25,403 nucleotides of DNA from Bacteroidota bacterium (GTDB lineage Bacteria; Bacillota; UBA4882; UBA8346). Made by a program: the position numbers and the translations under genes. The stretch's first letter is position 1, and the number at the start of each line of letters is the position of its first letter. The DNA is taken from assembly GCA_050261255.1 (NCBI GenBank), contig JBLNDC010000349.1, positions 1 through 25,403 on the forward strand, written 5' to 3'. The notes under the pieces are model-generated. The model was not told where the DNA came from and did not search any database. It saw only the letters and a list, made by a program, of their open reading frames with translations. Shown in pieces: positions 1 to 8,544 of the stretch.

Positions 1-2
1 AG

Positions 3-62
3 TTGGAGGCGGAATACGGCCAACTGGAAGAGATGGCCTCCGAAGCCCGGAAAATAGTTTAG
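3..62 (+). CDS. 3' end of an unidentified CDS entering the window (LEAEYGQLEEMASEARKIV*), possibly continuing past the TAG to 116
   Basis: Frame 3 is open from the window edge, has G/C-rich third positions and reads as a helical protein. The frame stays coding-like after TAG 60-62 (LEMPQESWKEFGIQAKR, TAA 114-116). The fragment is too short to identify. Confidence 0.35.
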   Translation: MEAEYGQLEEMASEARKIV

Positions 63-151
63 CTGGAGATGCCGCAGGAGTCGTGGAAGGAATTCGGGAT
101 TCAGGCAAAGCGGTAAATAAGATAAGCAGAGGCCGGTTTGAAAATAATCAA

Positions 152-181
152 TTATTGTTAATTCTGTTATTGTTAATTCTG
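152..181. repeat. Perfect 15-bp tandem duplication (TTATTGTTAATTCTG x2)
   Basis: Read directly at 152-166 and 167-181. Confidence 0.85.
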
Positions 182-184
182 TCC

Positions 185-217
185 GCCCAGGGCTCAAACC
201 CCTGGGCTAAGTTTTTT
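185..217 (+). terminator. Probable intrinsic terminator
   Basis: GCCCAGGG (185-192) / CCCTGGGC (200-207) stem, with a T run at 212-217, downstream of the partial CDS. Confidence 0.55.
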
Positions 218-330
218 AAAATCTTTCTCAACCCCGGCAAAGCCGGGCTAGGTTATGCTTCGAAGCTTTTGCCGAGCCCCGAAGGGGGTTAAGAATGTTT
301 TTCATATACCTAACTATGTTCCAGGACGGA

Positions 331-430
331 ACGAAGTCGTGAAGAACACGGACTTCGCTTTTCACCATCCTGGCTGCTACGTCCTGTGTCATCCGGGCAC
401 TACGGATGTCCGGGAACGACCAGTCGTTTC
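331..430. repeat. GC-rich multi-hairpin REP/MITE-like element, copy A
   Basis: Hairpins CGAAGTC/GACTTCG, ATCCG/CGGAT and GAACGAC/GTCGTTTC. It shares three modules in inverted orientation with 1076-1133. Confidence 0.6.
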
Positions 431-448
431 AGGGCTGGGTGGAGATTC

Positions 449-925
449 CTACAACCTCCCCTTTTCAGCCAAGTACCGGTAATGCTTGGCCGCTCCGTAA
501 AACCAAGCCAAGGCCAGCAGGAAACGGTAAAACGGGTTCCAGTGGATGTATTCCAAGAGACCGATATTGTTAAAAATTCGATCCAAAGCCGCGCTGGCTA
601 ATGAAAACGCGAATAAGTAAGCGGGAAAAGAATACCATTCCTTAGTTTTAGGCAGAAAGTAAAAATAAAGCATCAAAGTAAAAGCCCAGCCTAAGACCAG
701 CCAGTGTGGCGCTCCCAGAAATTCGAACGGCATAGCTTGTTTCCAGCGATAAAGATGAAGGAGATTAATGAAAATAACTGCAAAAGTTTTGTTTCCCAGA
801 TAGCCCCATAAGAAACTGAGCCAAAAAAGTGTGCGGATTTCTTCTTTAGGGATGAAAGACAAGACTAAAGCCCATAATAAAAAGGCTAAAGCGGGATAAT
901 ATAACTGGATTGGCAATTCTGGCAT
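449..925 (-). CDS. Small multi-pass membrane protein (158 aa), resembles CBO0543-family proteins
   Basis: ATG preceded by AAGGAG. Several hydrophobic aromatic-rich segments. The family resemblance is from recall only. Confidence 0.7.
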   Translation of the reverse strand: MPELPIQLYYPALAFLLWALVLSFIPKEEIRTLFWLSFLWGYLGNKTFAVIFINLLHLYRWKQAMPFEFLGAPHWLVLGWAFTLMLYFYFLPKTKEWYSFPAYLFAFSLASAALDRIFNNIGLLEYIHWNPFYRFLLALAWFYGAAKHYRYLAEKGRL

Positions 926-1067
926 GGTAATCTCCTTTTAATTCTCTAAATAACTAAATTTATAACTACAATAATTTTTCGAAATTAATATTCCACCGTC
1001 TAAAAAAAATATTTTCAAGCTGACTTTTGCGCCGATACGGGTGATTGCGATAGTGTTCAGGATCTTT

Positions 1068-1217
1068 ACCACGAAGGTCGCTCCCGGACATCCGTGTCCT
1101 CCGCGACTTCGTCCCTTCTTGGAACACAGGACGCGAAGACTTGGGAAAAGAAGTATTTTTGTATAATTTAAGTTGATTGTTTTGATCTTCCTTCGTGTTC
1201 TTCGCGCTCTTCGTGGT
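1068..1217. repeat. Palindromic REP/MITE-like element, copy B (ACCACGAAG ... CTTCGTGGT ends)
   Basis: Terminal inverted 9-mer at 1068-1076 / 1209-1217. The right arm CTTCGTGTTCTTCGCGCTCTTCGTGG is internally repetitive. Modules shared with 331-421. Confidence 0.6.
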
Positions 1218-1276
1218 TGATAATGTTCTTTGTTGAAAATGAATATTTCCAATGCTTTCCGGCAATAATCACAGTT

Positions 1277-2254
1277 ATGGATGAACCATCAAGCAAGATC
1301 AGAATCGGTATCCCCGGAACGCTTTTTGCATCGTATCATTTTGCCTACTGGCAGCGATTGATAACCCTTTCCGGCATGGAAGCGGTATTCTCCGATGCCA
1401 GCGACCGGCAAACCGCCGACCGGGGCGGCAGGCGTTTGCCGCATGAATTCTGCATTCCCGTCAAGGTATTTATCGGGCATGTTTTAAATCTCCTGGAAAA
1501 AGGGGCCGATCAAATCCTGTTGCCCAGGATGACCGCTCAAGGCAAGGCAAATTTTTTTTGTCCGAAATTAATCGGGTTGCCGGAGATCGTCCGCTACACT
1601 ACCGGCCTCGGGGCGGAGCGGACGTTTGCGCCGGAGATTGTTTGTAATGGTTTGGATCTTAGGGTGACCAAATTCCCGGAGCTGGGCCGGGCTATGGTGC
1701 GGCGAATGAAGGCTGCGACGGGTCAGGCGGATAAAGCTTGGCAAAGCATATTGGCCCAATGCAGATCGGAGCGAATCACGCTTTGGGAAGCGACAGTTGG
1801 GGAGAAAATGGGGCGGCCGGCAGGCGGCCTTAATATCGGGCTACTGGGTTATGCCTATAGTCTGTACGATCCTTTCATCAGTAAGGGAATCCTAGAGAAA
1901 CTCCATCAATTGGGAGCCGCCGTAACCACCTGGGAAATGCTTGATCCCCTCCTGATTGAACAAAACCTGGCCGGGTTAAAAAGGCCGTTGTTTTGGAACT
2001 TCGGCAAGATGCTTCTGGGAGCGGGTCTTAGTTTTATCAACGATTCCAAAATCGACGGCCTGATTTACGTCACTACCTTCGGATGCGGGCCGGATTCGGT
2101 GGCGATGAAGATTTTAAGTATTGAAGCCAGCCAAAAAGAAAAACCGTTATTACTGATTAATCTGGACGATCACCAAGAAGACGGGCATTTACGGACCCGT
2201 TTGGAGGCGTTCACCGATATGCTGGCTGCTATAAAGGAGGAGCGGGCGATTTGA
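1277..2254 (+). CDS. DUF2229 / acyl-CoA dehydratase activase-related protein (reductase/dehydratase-type subunit)
   Basis: Motifs IGIPGTL, FCIPVKVFIGHV, FCPKLIGLP, FGCGPDS and DDH...GHLRTRLEAF. The start is uncertain (TTG 1217, ATG 1223 or ATG 1277; the family-like sequence begins just after 1277). Confidence 0.85.
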   Translation: MDEPSSKIRIGIPGTLFASYHFAYWQRLITLSGMEAVFSDASDRQTADRGGRRLPHEFCIPVKVFIGHVLNLLEKGADQILLPRMTAQGKANFFCPKLIGLPEIVRYTTGLGAERTFAPEIVCNGLDLRVTKFPELGRAMVRRMKAATGQADKAWQSILAQCRSERITLWEATVGEKMGRPAGGLNIGLLGYAYSLYDPFISKGILEKLHQLGAAVTTWEMLDPLLIEQNLAGLKRPLFWNFGKMLLGAGLSFINDSKIDGLIYVTTFGCGPDSVAMKILSIEASQKEKPLLLINLDDHQEDGHLRTRLEAFTDMLAAIKEERAI

Positions 2255-3345
2255 AGATAACCTTCCCCTACCTGGGACCGGTTTTGATTTACAAAAAACT
2301 CTTTGAACGTTTGGGGCACGAAGTGATCATGCCGCCCCGGCCCAGTCAAAGAACGATTGAGTTGGGCGCCAAATACAGCCCGGAGTTTATCTGCTTCCCT
2401 TTTAAGATCATTTTAGGCAGTTACCTGGAAGCGTTGGAACTGGGAGCGGAAGTCATTGTCACTACCGGTTTTATCGGCGCTTGCCGGGCGGTTTATTACG
2501 GCGATTTAAGCGAACGGATCTTGAACCAATTAGGCTATCGGGTCAAGGTGATCGTCTTTGATTCGCCCTTCGAAGATTGGCAAGGCTTTTTACGGCATTG
2601 CCGGGAAATTGGCAACGGCCGGCCGCTGCCCGAGGCAGCCAATACTTTAAATCTGGTGATTCGGCTGATCTATGCCAGCGATTACTTTCAAAAACAGATT
2701 AATCATTTACGCCCCTATGAAAAGATCCCGGGGACTTGTAGCCGGAAGTGGCCGGAAATACAGAGTTTGCTGGAAAGCTGCGACAATCTTAAACAGCTTC
2801 GGAAGGCTGTCAAGGAAGCCGGAGAAATCATCGCCGCCATACCGGTTGACCAAAACAGGGACATTCTCAAAGTGGGCCTGGTCGGCGAGATTTACTTAGT
2901 AATGGAAGGCTGCTCCAATAATGAAATCGAGGAAAAGATGGCCCGGTTGGGTGTGGAAGTCGTCCGGAACCAATACATCTCCAACTGGTTCAAGCACTGC
3001 ATTTTTCCGCCCCGGAAATTATTGCGCGGGGCCGATGCTTACCTCAAAAATGCCGTTGGGGGCCATGAAAAAGAAAATATCGGCTACATTCTGGATTTTA
3101 AGAGACAGGGTTTCGATGGAATCATCCATCTACTGCCCTTCGGCTGTATGCCGGAGTTGGTGACTCAGACAATTATCCCGGCTTTAGCCACGGATTTGGA
3201 TCTGCCTATCCTTTCCCTTTCCTTAGACGAACAAATGGGCTGGGTCAACAACATGATCCGGTTGGAGGCTTTCGTGGAATTGCTCCGGACCCGGCATGAA
3301 ATTTTAAAGGAGGGGTATGATGTCCAGGCTATTTGTGGGGGTTGA
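2251..3345 (+). CDS. 2-hydroxyacyl-CoA dehydratase D-component-like protein (CoA protein activase partner)
   Basis: Motifs MKITFPYLG, SPEFICFPFK, GACR, LKVGLVGEIY, PFGCMPE and DEQMG...RLEAF. TTG start with AAGGAGG-like SD, overlapping the upstream stop. Confidence 0.85.
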   Translation: MKITFPYLGPVLIYKKLFERLGHEVIMPPRPSQRTIELGAKYSPEFICFPFKIILGSYLEALELGAEVIVTTGFIGACRAVYYGDLSERILNQLGYRVKVIVFDSPFEDWQGFLRHCREIGNGRPLPEAANTLNLVIRLIYASDYFQKQINHLRPYEKIPGTCSRKWPEIQSLLESCDNLKQLRKAVKEAGEIIAAIPVDQNRDILKVGLVGEIYLVMEGCSNNEIEEKMARLGVEVVRNQYISNWFKHCIFPPRKLLRGADAYLKNAVGGHEKENIGYILDFKRQGFDGIIHLLPFGCMPELVTQTIIPALATDLDLPILSLSLDEQMGWVNNMIRLEAFVELLRTRHEILKEGYDVQAICGG

Positions 3346-4285
3346 TGTCGGTTCGGTCAGCACCAACATTGTGCTCCTGGCTGAAGATGGAGCGCTGCTC
3401 TTTGATAAATATTACCGCAATGACGGCCAGCCATTACGGATTATCCAAGCGGGCATGGTTGAAATCCGGGATTTATTTAAAAACTCGGTAATTGGCGGCG
3501 TGGGAGCGACCGGCAGCGGCAGATTATTAGCGGGGGCTGTATTAGGTGCCGATGTGGTCAAAAACGAGATTACGGCTCACGCCACCGCTGCCATTCATTA
3601 TTACCCCGAGGTCCGTACGATCATAGAAATAGGCGGGCAGGACTCGAAGATAATTCTGGTTAGAAATCGGGTCGTCAGCGATTTCGCCATGAATACGGTT
3701 TGCGCCGCGGGGACCGGATCCTTCCTGGATCATCAGGCGGAACGGTTGAAGGTGCCGATTGAACAGTTCGGCGATCTGGCGCTAACCGCGGTCAACCGAG
3801 TAAAGATTGCCGGAAGGTGTACCGTTTTCGCGGAATCGGACATGATCGCCAAACAACAATTAGGTTTTTCCAAGGCGGAGATTATCAACGGGCTTTGCGA
3901 AGCATTGGTAAGAAATTATTTAACCAATCTGGCCCGGGACAAACATTTGGAGGGACCGGTCATCTTTCAAGGAGGGGTCGCGGCGAACCGGGGCATCCGG
4001 GCCGCCTTTGAACGGGAGTTAAAGCTGGAGATCACCGTTCCCCGCTATTATAATGTGATGGGGGCCATTGGCGCGGCGCTGTTAGCCAGGAACCATTGGC
4101 AAAAAACCGGGAGCGGAACCAGGTTTCGCGGCTTCCATCAGTTAAACCTGGAACTTACGCCTTCCGTTTTCGAATGCAAAGGATGCAGCAACGGTTGCGA
4201 GGTGATCCGGGTGGAACAAGACCGGAACACGATTGCGGTTTGGGGGGATAAATGCGGCAGGTACAGCAATGAGATTTCGGCATGA
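3317..4285 (+). CDS. Acyl-CoA dehydratase activase (HgdC / BadF-BadG-BcrA-BcrD ATPase family)
   Basis: Motifs GVDVGSVSTN, ATGSGR, NEITAH, EIGGQDSK, MNTVCAAGTGSFLD, RCTVFAESD and QGGVAAN. C-terminal CKGCSNGC...WGDKC. SD AGGAGG. Confidence 0.93.
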   Translation: MMSRLFVGVDVGSVSTNIVLLAEDGALLFDKYYRNDGQPLRIIQAGMVEIRDLFKNSVIGGVGATGSGRLLAGAVLGADVVKNEITAHATAAIHYYPEVRTIIEIGGQDSKIILVRNRVVSDFAMNTVCAAGTGSFLDHQAERLKVPIEQFGDLALTAVNRVKIAGRCTVFAESDMIAKQQLGFSKAEIINGLCEALVRNYLTNLARDKHLEGPVIFQGGVAANRGIRAAFERELKLEITVPRYYNVMGAIGAALLARNHWQKTGSGTRFRGFHQLNLELTPSVFECKGCSNGCEVIRVEQDRNTIAVWGDKCGRYSNEISA

Positions 4286-4322
4286 GAAAGCGGGTGATGG
4301 GCTGCAAGCCCATCCTCCTATT

Positions 4323-5976
4323 ATGATGAGGGGCAAATTATTAAAGGCCGCCTTATTTCCAGCCATTCTGCTATTGATGATGCTTGTTATCACTCCCGCG
4401 ACGGAAAGTTTCGCTGCGGGCAAGAAACAAGTGATCATTTTAGATCTTAGCGATCTTCAATGGTCGCAAATCTCCGCCAACCACCCTAATTTATTAAATT
4501 TTCTGGGGACAGGATCGGCAGGATTAGTAAGATTTCCGGCCGCCTCCAAAAATTGGCCGTTAAACCTTCCCGTATTCAAAGAAAGCTATCCGAAGCGGCC
4601 GGTCCAATTTTATGAGGATCTGGTTTCGCGGATTGGCGCTGAAACCGATTTTAATAACACACTGCTTCTAGCATACACCCGTAGTTCGTTCAAAACTGAT
4701 CTTGGATTAACACCGGTACTGCTAAAGGGGGCCGGGTTTAACGGAGGAGTCCTTTACTCCCCCAGTACCCGAAAACGGGGAATTGTGACCTATAATGATC
4801 TACGGTCCACTCTGTCAAGATTTTTGAACCTCGAAAAAAACGATATGGTTTTTCATCTCCGGCCTAAACCTGGTGACTGGCGTCAAATACTTCAAAGCCG
4901 GGCTAATTTGGAACAGAATTATGCCATTCGTTGGCCGCTGTTGACGGGCTACTTTTATCTATTCTTAGGAATGATTATATTATTTTTGATCTGTTTTTTC
5001 TTTCGTTTCAGCCGAAAGCTAATTACCAAGCTGGCTTGGGGTTATTTATTTTTAATTGCCGCTCCGGCTGCTTTTTTGCTGGAAGCCTTAATAGACCCGG
5101 TAGAATGGCCTGCCGTTCTCGCTTGGGCCGCCGGGATTAGCGGGGCTATCTTTTTTGGCGCTTACTTTATTTCGGAAAAGGATTTTGATCGGGCGTTATT
5201 TTTGATCGCTATTCTTACTGCAGGTTAGTAGCTGGTAACTGCTTAACAAACGGGGGAAGTCGTTCTTAGGGTACTCGGTGGTCACCGGAGCCAGATATTA
5301 CGGCGTCGGAAACGAGTATATGGGTATCTTGCTGGGCTCGTCGTTAGTCGGTTTGTCGCTATCGATTAAAGGTTTTAAAAACCGGGGCGGGCTGGTACCA
5401 TTTATTGCATTTCTGCTGAGCTTGATCTTGATCCATCCCAACTTCGGAGCGGATGTAGGCGGGGGGATCACCGCTTTGACGGGGTTGGGGATAACCAATT
5501 ACTTATGGCTGAAACAGCCGATCCGCCTTAGGGAGATTATCCGGCTTGGCTTGATGACGCTGGCTGCCCTGGTTTTGGCGGGGGCATGGGACTTGTTTCT
5601 CAATCGCGACTCCCTGAGCCATTTGGGCCAATTGTTGCTGGCGATCGGAGAACGCGGCCCCATGGTTTTTTACGCTATGGTCATCCGCAAGCTCTCACTT
5701 AACTTGCGCTTGCTCAGTAGTACTCCCCTGACCCTAGTTTTAATCGGAATCTTGTTGGCAATGCCGTTGCTTTACCGGTTCCCCCCGGCGCGCCTCCAAA
5801 AATTAAAGGAGAAGCATCCGGAAGCGGTGGCGGGTTTGACGGGTATCGCCGTTACGGCTTTAATCGGCTTTATGGTCAATGACTCAGGGATTGTGTCAGC
5901 GGCGATGATCTTTATGTTCGGGATCGGTTTGGGATTGACGGTCGGGATTAAGGAGTTGGAGGGAGTGAAGGATTAA
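4323..5976 (+). pseudogene. Large conserved membrane protein (GARYYGxGNEYMG-type), interrupted by two frameshifts near 5225-5257
   Basis: The ORFs 4233-5228 and 5278-5976 are bridged by coding-like sequence in two other frames (LVAGNCLTNGG, then KSFLGYSVVTGARYYG). The second ORF has no SD and starts inside a motif. The start at 4323 is uncertain. Confidence 0.7.
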
Positions 5977-6101
5977 AAATTTTAGGCTTCAAAGAGATCC
6001 GAGCTTTTTATCTCCCGCAGAGGCGCCAAGGCGCAGAGGAAACATTGTTGTTTCGCAATTTAATTTTCTTTAATTCATTTAAATTTTAGAAGTGAAAAGT
6101 C

Positions 6102-6132
6102 AGGCCTCCGCCCTTTCTGGGACTAGAGGCCT
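6102..6132. terminator. Hairpin between convergent genes, probable terminator
   Basis: AGGCCTC/GAGGCCT outer stem with inner CCC/GGG pairing, located between the 5976 and 6165 stops. Confidence 0.45.
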
Positions 6133-6164
6133 TTAATATTAGCCCGAATTATAACTAATCCAAA

Positions 6165-6659
6165 TTAGTTTAACGGGTCCTCGATCAAGCTGGCGAATTG
6201 GAACTCGTGAAAATGTCCATCGTCGACAGTGGTGATGAATTTTGCAAAATGAACATGTTTTCCATCACCCACTTCAATGGCTGGTCCTGAAACTGCGGCA
6301 ATTTCATGGAGATGTTCATCGAAAAAGTCGGTATTAACGAACACACCATGGACATGGCTATTACCAAAGGGTATTACTTCACTGCTCACTCCGGCAAAAC
6401 GGTGATTATGCCGGTCCTCACCAGCCTCGGCCAGCTTGGTGCTTCCCTGAAATTCGTGCACATGGGTCTGGGAAGGACCAACTTGAGGAGGCTTGGGATG
6501 ATCCGGTTTTTTGGGGCATTCCGGATCTTTTGGCCATTCCGGTTTTTTGGGCCATTCCGGTTTTTTCGCTGATGAATCGATTGGACTCCCGCAAGATTGG
6601 GATATTGTTCCCGGGTGGGATTCGGAACCTATTTGGATGATATTGTCCTTGGAGTTCAT
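6165..6659 (-). CDS. YmaF-family His-rich protein with a Pro/Lys repeat N-terminal extension
   Basis: Motifs THVHEFQGST, RHNHRFAGVS, SHVHG, HLHEI, KHVHF and GHFHEF. ATG 6659 has SD AAAGGAGG (the ORF-track start 6683 lacks an SD). Confidence 0.88.
   Translation of the reverse strand: MNSKDNIIQIGSESHPGTISQSCGSPIDSSAKKPEWPKKPEWPKDPECPKKPDHPKPPQVGPSQTHVHEFQGSTKLAEAGEDRHNHRFAGVSSEVIPFGNSHVHGVFVNTDFFDEHLHEIAAVSGPAIEVGDGKHVHFAKFITTVDDGHFHEFQFASLIEDPLN
6502..6573. repeat. About four imperfect 18-bp coding tandem repeats (KKPEWP/KDPECP units)
   Basis: Units TCCGGTTTTTTGGG(G/C)CAT-like at 6502, 6520, 6538 and 6556. Confidence 0.85.
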
Positions 6660-6747
6660 GCGCCATCCTCCTTTCGGAACCATTTTATGTTGAATATCGC
6701 TGAATGTAACATGCGGATTGCACTATCGGCTATTGAAACTTTAAATG

Positions 6748-6768
6748 AAAAAAGCCCGAAACCCGGGC
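6748..6768 (-). terminator. Intrinsic terminator after the response regulator
   Basis: Minus strand reads GCCCGGGTTTCGGGCTTTTTT, just past the stop at 6777. Confidence 0.75.
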
Positions 6769-6776
6769 ATATCACA

Positions 6777-8396
6777 CTACTTTCGTAAATCAGTAGGCGT
6801 TACATTAAAATATTGACGGAAAACGCGGCCGAAATAGGCCGGGTCGGTATAACCAACCGCCATCGCAACCTCATAAACTTTTTGATTGCCTTCCTCCAAT
6901 AAACGCCGGGCAACTTCCATTTTCCGCCTGGTAACATATTCGGAGAAACTCTCCCCGGTTTGTTCCCGGAAGAGGCGGCTCAGATATGAAGGGCTCATGT
7001 AAACCCAATTTGCCGCCTTGGATAGGGTAATCGACTCAGCCAGATTTTGTTCGATATATTCTTTGACCTGAAGGATACAAGTCCGCTGAGAATTGTTATA
7101 TAACTTTTGAATGGCATGGCCCAGCCGGCCAAACTGGGTTTCCCACCACCGGGTCACAGCCTCGGCGCTTCCGCTCGGGCCGCCTTGCATCAGTAAAGCA
7201 TAATCTTCCGCCTCCATTACATCCCTAACTGTCAAACCGGCTCTTTGGGAGAGCCGGACCAAGGTCCCCGTTAACATCCAACCGGTTTCCCGTTGTTGAT
7301 CCGAAGTTTGGGAGGGGTCGTGTTTTGAAAGGGCTGATCCTAATAGATTTTCAAGGGTTGCCTTGATTAACCCGGCGGAGTTACCCCTTTCCAAGCTGGC
7401 CTTTAACTTCTCCTCATCAATCGGTAAAAATACCGGAAGGGGTTTTTCACCGGAGAAACAATTGGAATGAGCGACGATGGTTTCCACCCCGAACTGAGAA
7501 TGGTATTTCAGGGCTTGTTTTGCCTGCTCAAAGGAATCCCTAACTTGAGTTAGATTTGGCGCAATTCCTCCGATACCGATCACCAAAGCGCATGAAAGGT
7601 GTAGCCGGGCCTGGTCCAATATGGAACGGCCCATCCGGTTGGCCGACTCTATTAATTCCTTATTTGCGCAATCAACCGAGCCAAATAACACTGCACCAAC
7701 CCCGCCCCGCTCCAACCGGGCGGTAAATCCCCGATCTCCTATATCAGTTTGCGCGATCCGGTTCATCAGAAACCAGATTAGTTGCCGCTCCCGCTCATCA
7801 TAATTCAGGTAAAACCCGGTATTATCTTCAATTTCCAAAATCAAAGCAATGCAGGGCTGCTCCGGTTGGAACGGCAGTTTTAAAAAGCAAAGACGTTCCG
7901 GCAGGTCCTTTTCCTCAATCTCCCCGTATAACAAATCCCGGAGAAAATGTTCCCGTAAGATGGGGATGCTATTTTCCAACTGAGATTGGAATAATTTCCT
8001 AGTTGCTTCATCATTTCTTTTGTTAAGGAGCAGGTCGCGCTCTTTGAGTACCGCCTGTAAAATTTCCTCCGGGGGGGTGGGTTTGAGAATGTATCCCGTA
8101 ACTCCTAATTCAAGACATTTTTTCGCGTAGGCGAACTCATCATAACCGCTGATCACCAAAACTCTAGTATGTGGGTTCAGGTTCAAAGCGGAACGGGCCA
8201 ATTCGATCCCGTCCATGCCGGGCATCCTGATATCGGTGAGGATGATTTCGGGTCTTTCATCTTGAACCATCCGCCAAGCCTCGCTCCCGTCAACGGCCGG
8301 ACCAACGAGGCAAATCTCATGTTGTTCCCATGGGATCTCCTGCGCCAGCCACTCGCGGGAACCGGCTTCATCGTCAGCTATTAGAAGTTTAAACAT
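6777..8396 (-). CDS. YesN-type response regulator (REC + AraC HTH)
   Basis: REC motifs IADDE, ILTDIRMPGMDG, ISGYDEF and ILKP. C-terminal MSPSYLSRLFRE...GYTDPAYFGRVFRQYFNVTP. ATG 8396 has SD AGGAGG. Confidence 0.93.
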   Translation of the reverse strand: MFKLLIADDEAGSREWLAQEIPWEQHEICLVGPAVDGSEAWRMVQDERPEIILTDIRMPGMDGIELARSALNLNPHTRVLVISGYDEFAYAKKCLELGVTGYILKPTPPEEILQAVLKERDLLLNKRNDEATRKLFQSQLENSIPILREHFLRDLLYGEIEEKDLPERLCFLKLPFQPEQPCIALILEIEDNTGFYLNYDERERQLIWFLMNRIAQTDIGDRGFTARLERGGVGAVLFGSVDCANKELIESANRMGRSILDQARLHLSCALVIGIGGIAPNLTQVRDSFEQAKQALKYHSQFGVETIVAHSNCFSGEKPLPVFLPIDEEKLKASLERGNSAGLIKATLENLLGSALSKHDPSQTSDQQRETGWMLTGTLVRLSQRAGLTVRDVMEAEDYALLMQGGPSGSAEAVTRWWETQFGRLGHAIQKLYNNSQRTCILQVKEYIEQNLAESITLSKAANWVYMSPSYLSRLFREQTGESFSEYVTRRKMEVARRLLEEGNQKVYEVAMAVGYTDPAYFGRVFRQYFNVTPTDLRK

Positions 8397-8425
8397 CTTA
8401 ACCACCTCCTTGATAATCCCCTAAT

Positions 8426-8544
8426 TTAAGGAATAGCCTAATTGTTGACTTAAGCTTTGGCTCACAATATGTGATAAATACATCTGGGCTTATCATTATA
8501 TAATAGTGGCCAAAGGGTTTATTAAGGTAATTTTGCAATTTCCT
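8426..8544. repeat. ~119-bp self-complementary element, copy 1 (kinase/regulator gap)
   Basis: Direct repeat of 10393-10511 (20 differences in about 120 columns by hand alignment). Nested stems CTTTGGC/GCCAAAG and TGATAA/TTATCA. Confidence 0.85.

Noticed and set aside
83-292. ORF with LLLILLLLIL as another member of the peptide family
   Set aside because: The Leu/Ile run arises from a 15-bp tandem duplication, the ORF runs through a terminator and hairpins, and frame 3 has better codon pattern.
938-1265. Minus-strand ORFs 938-1252 and 966-1265
   Set aside because: They translate the palindromic repeat (TTKSAKNTKE) and AT-rich promoter DNA. No SD and no family motif.
5226-5231. Pyrrolysine/amber read-through at TAG TAG
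   Set aside because: The same frame hits TAA at 5241-5243 and the downstream half is in another frame, so frameshifts explain it. No pyl genes or methylamine methyltransferase are present.
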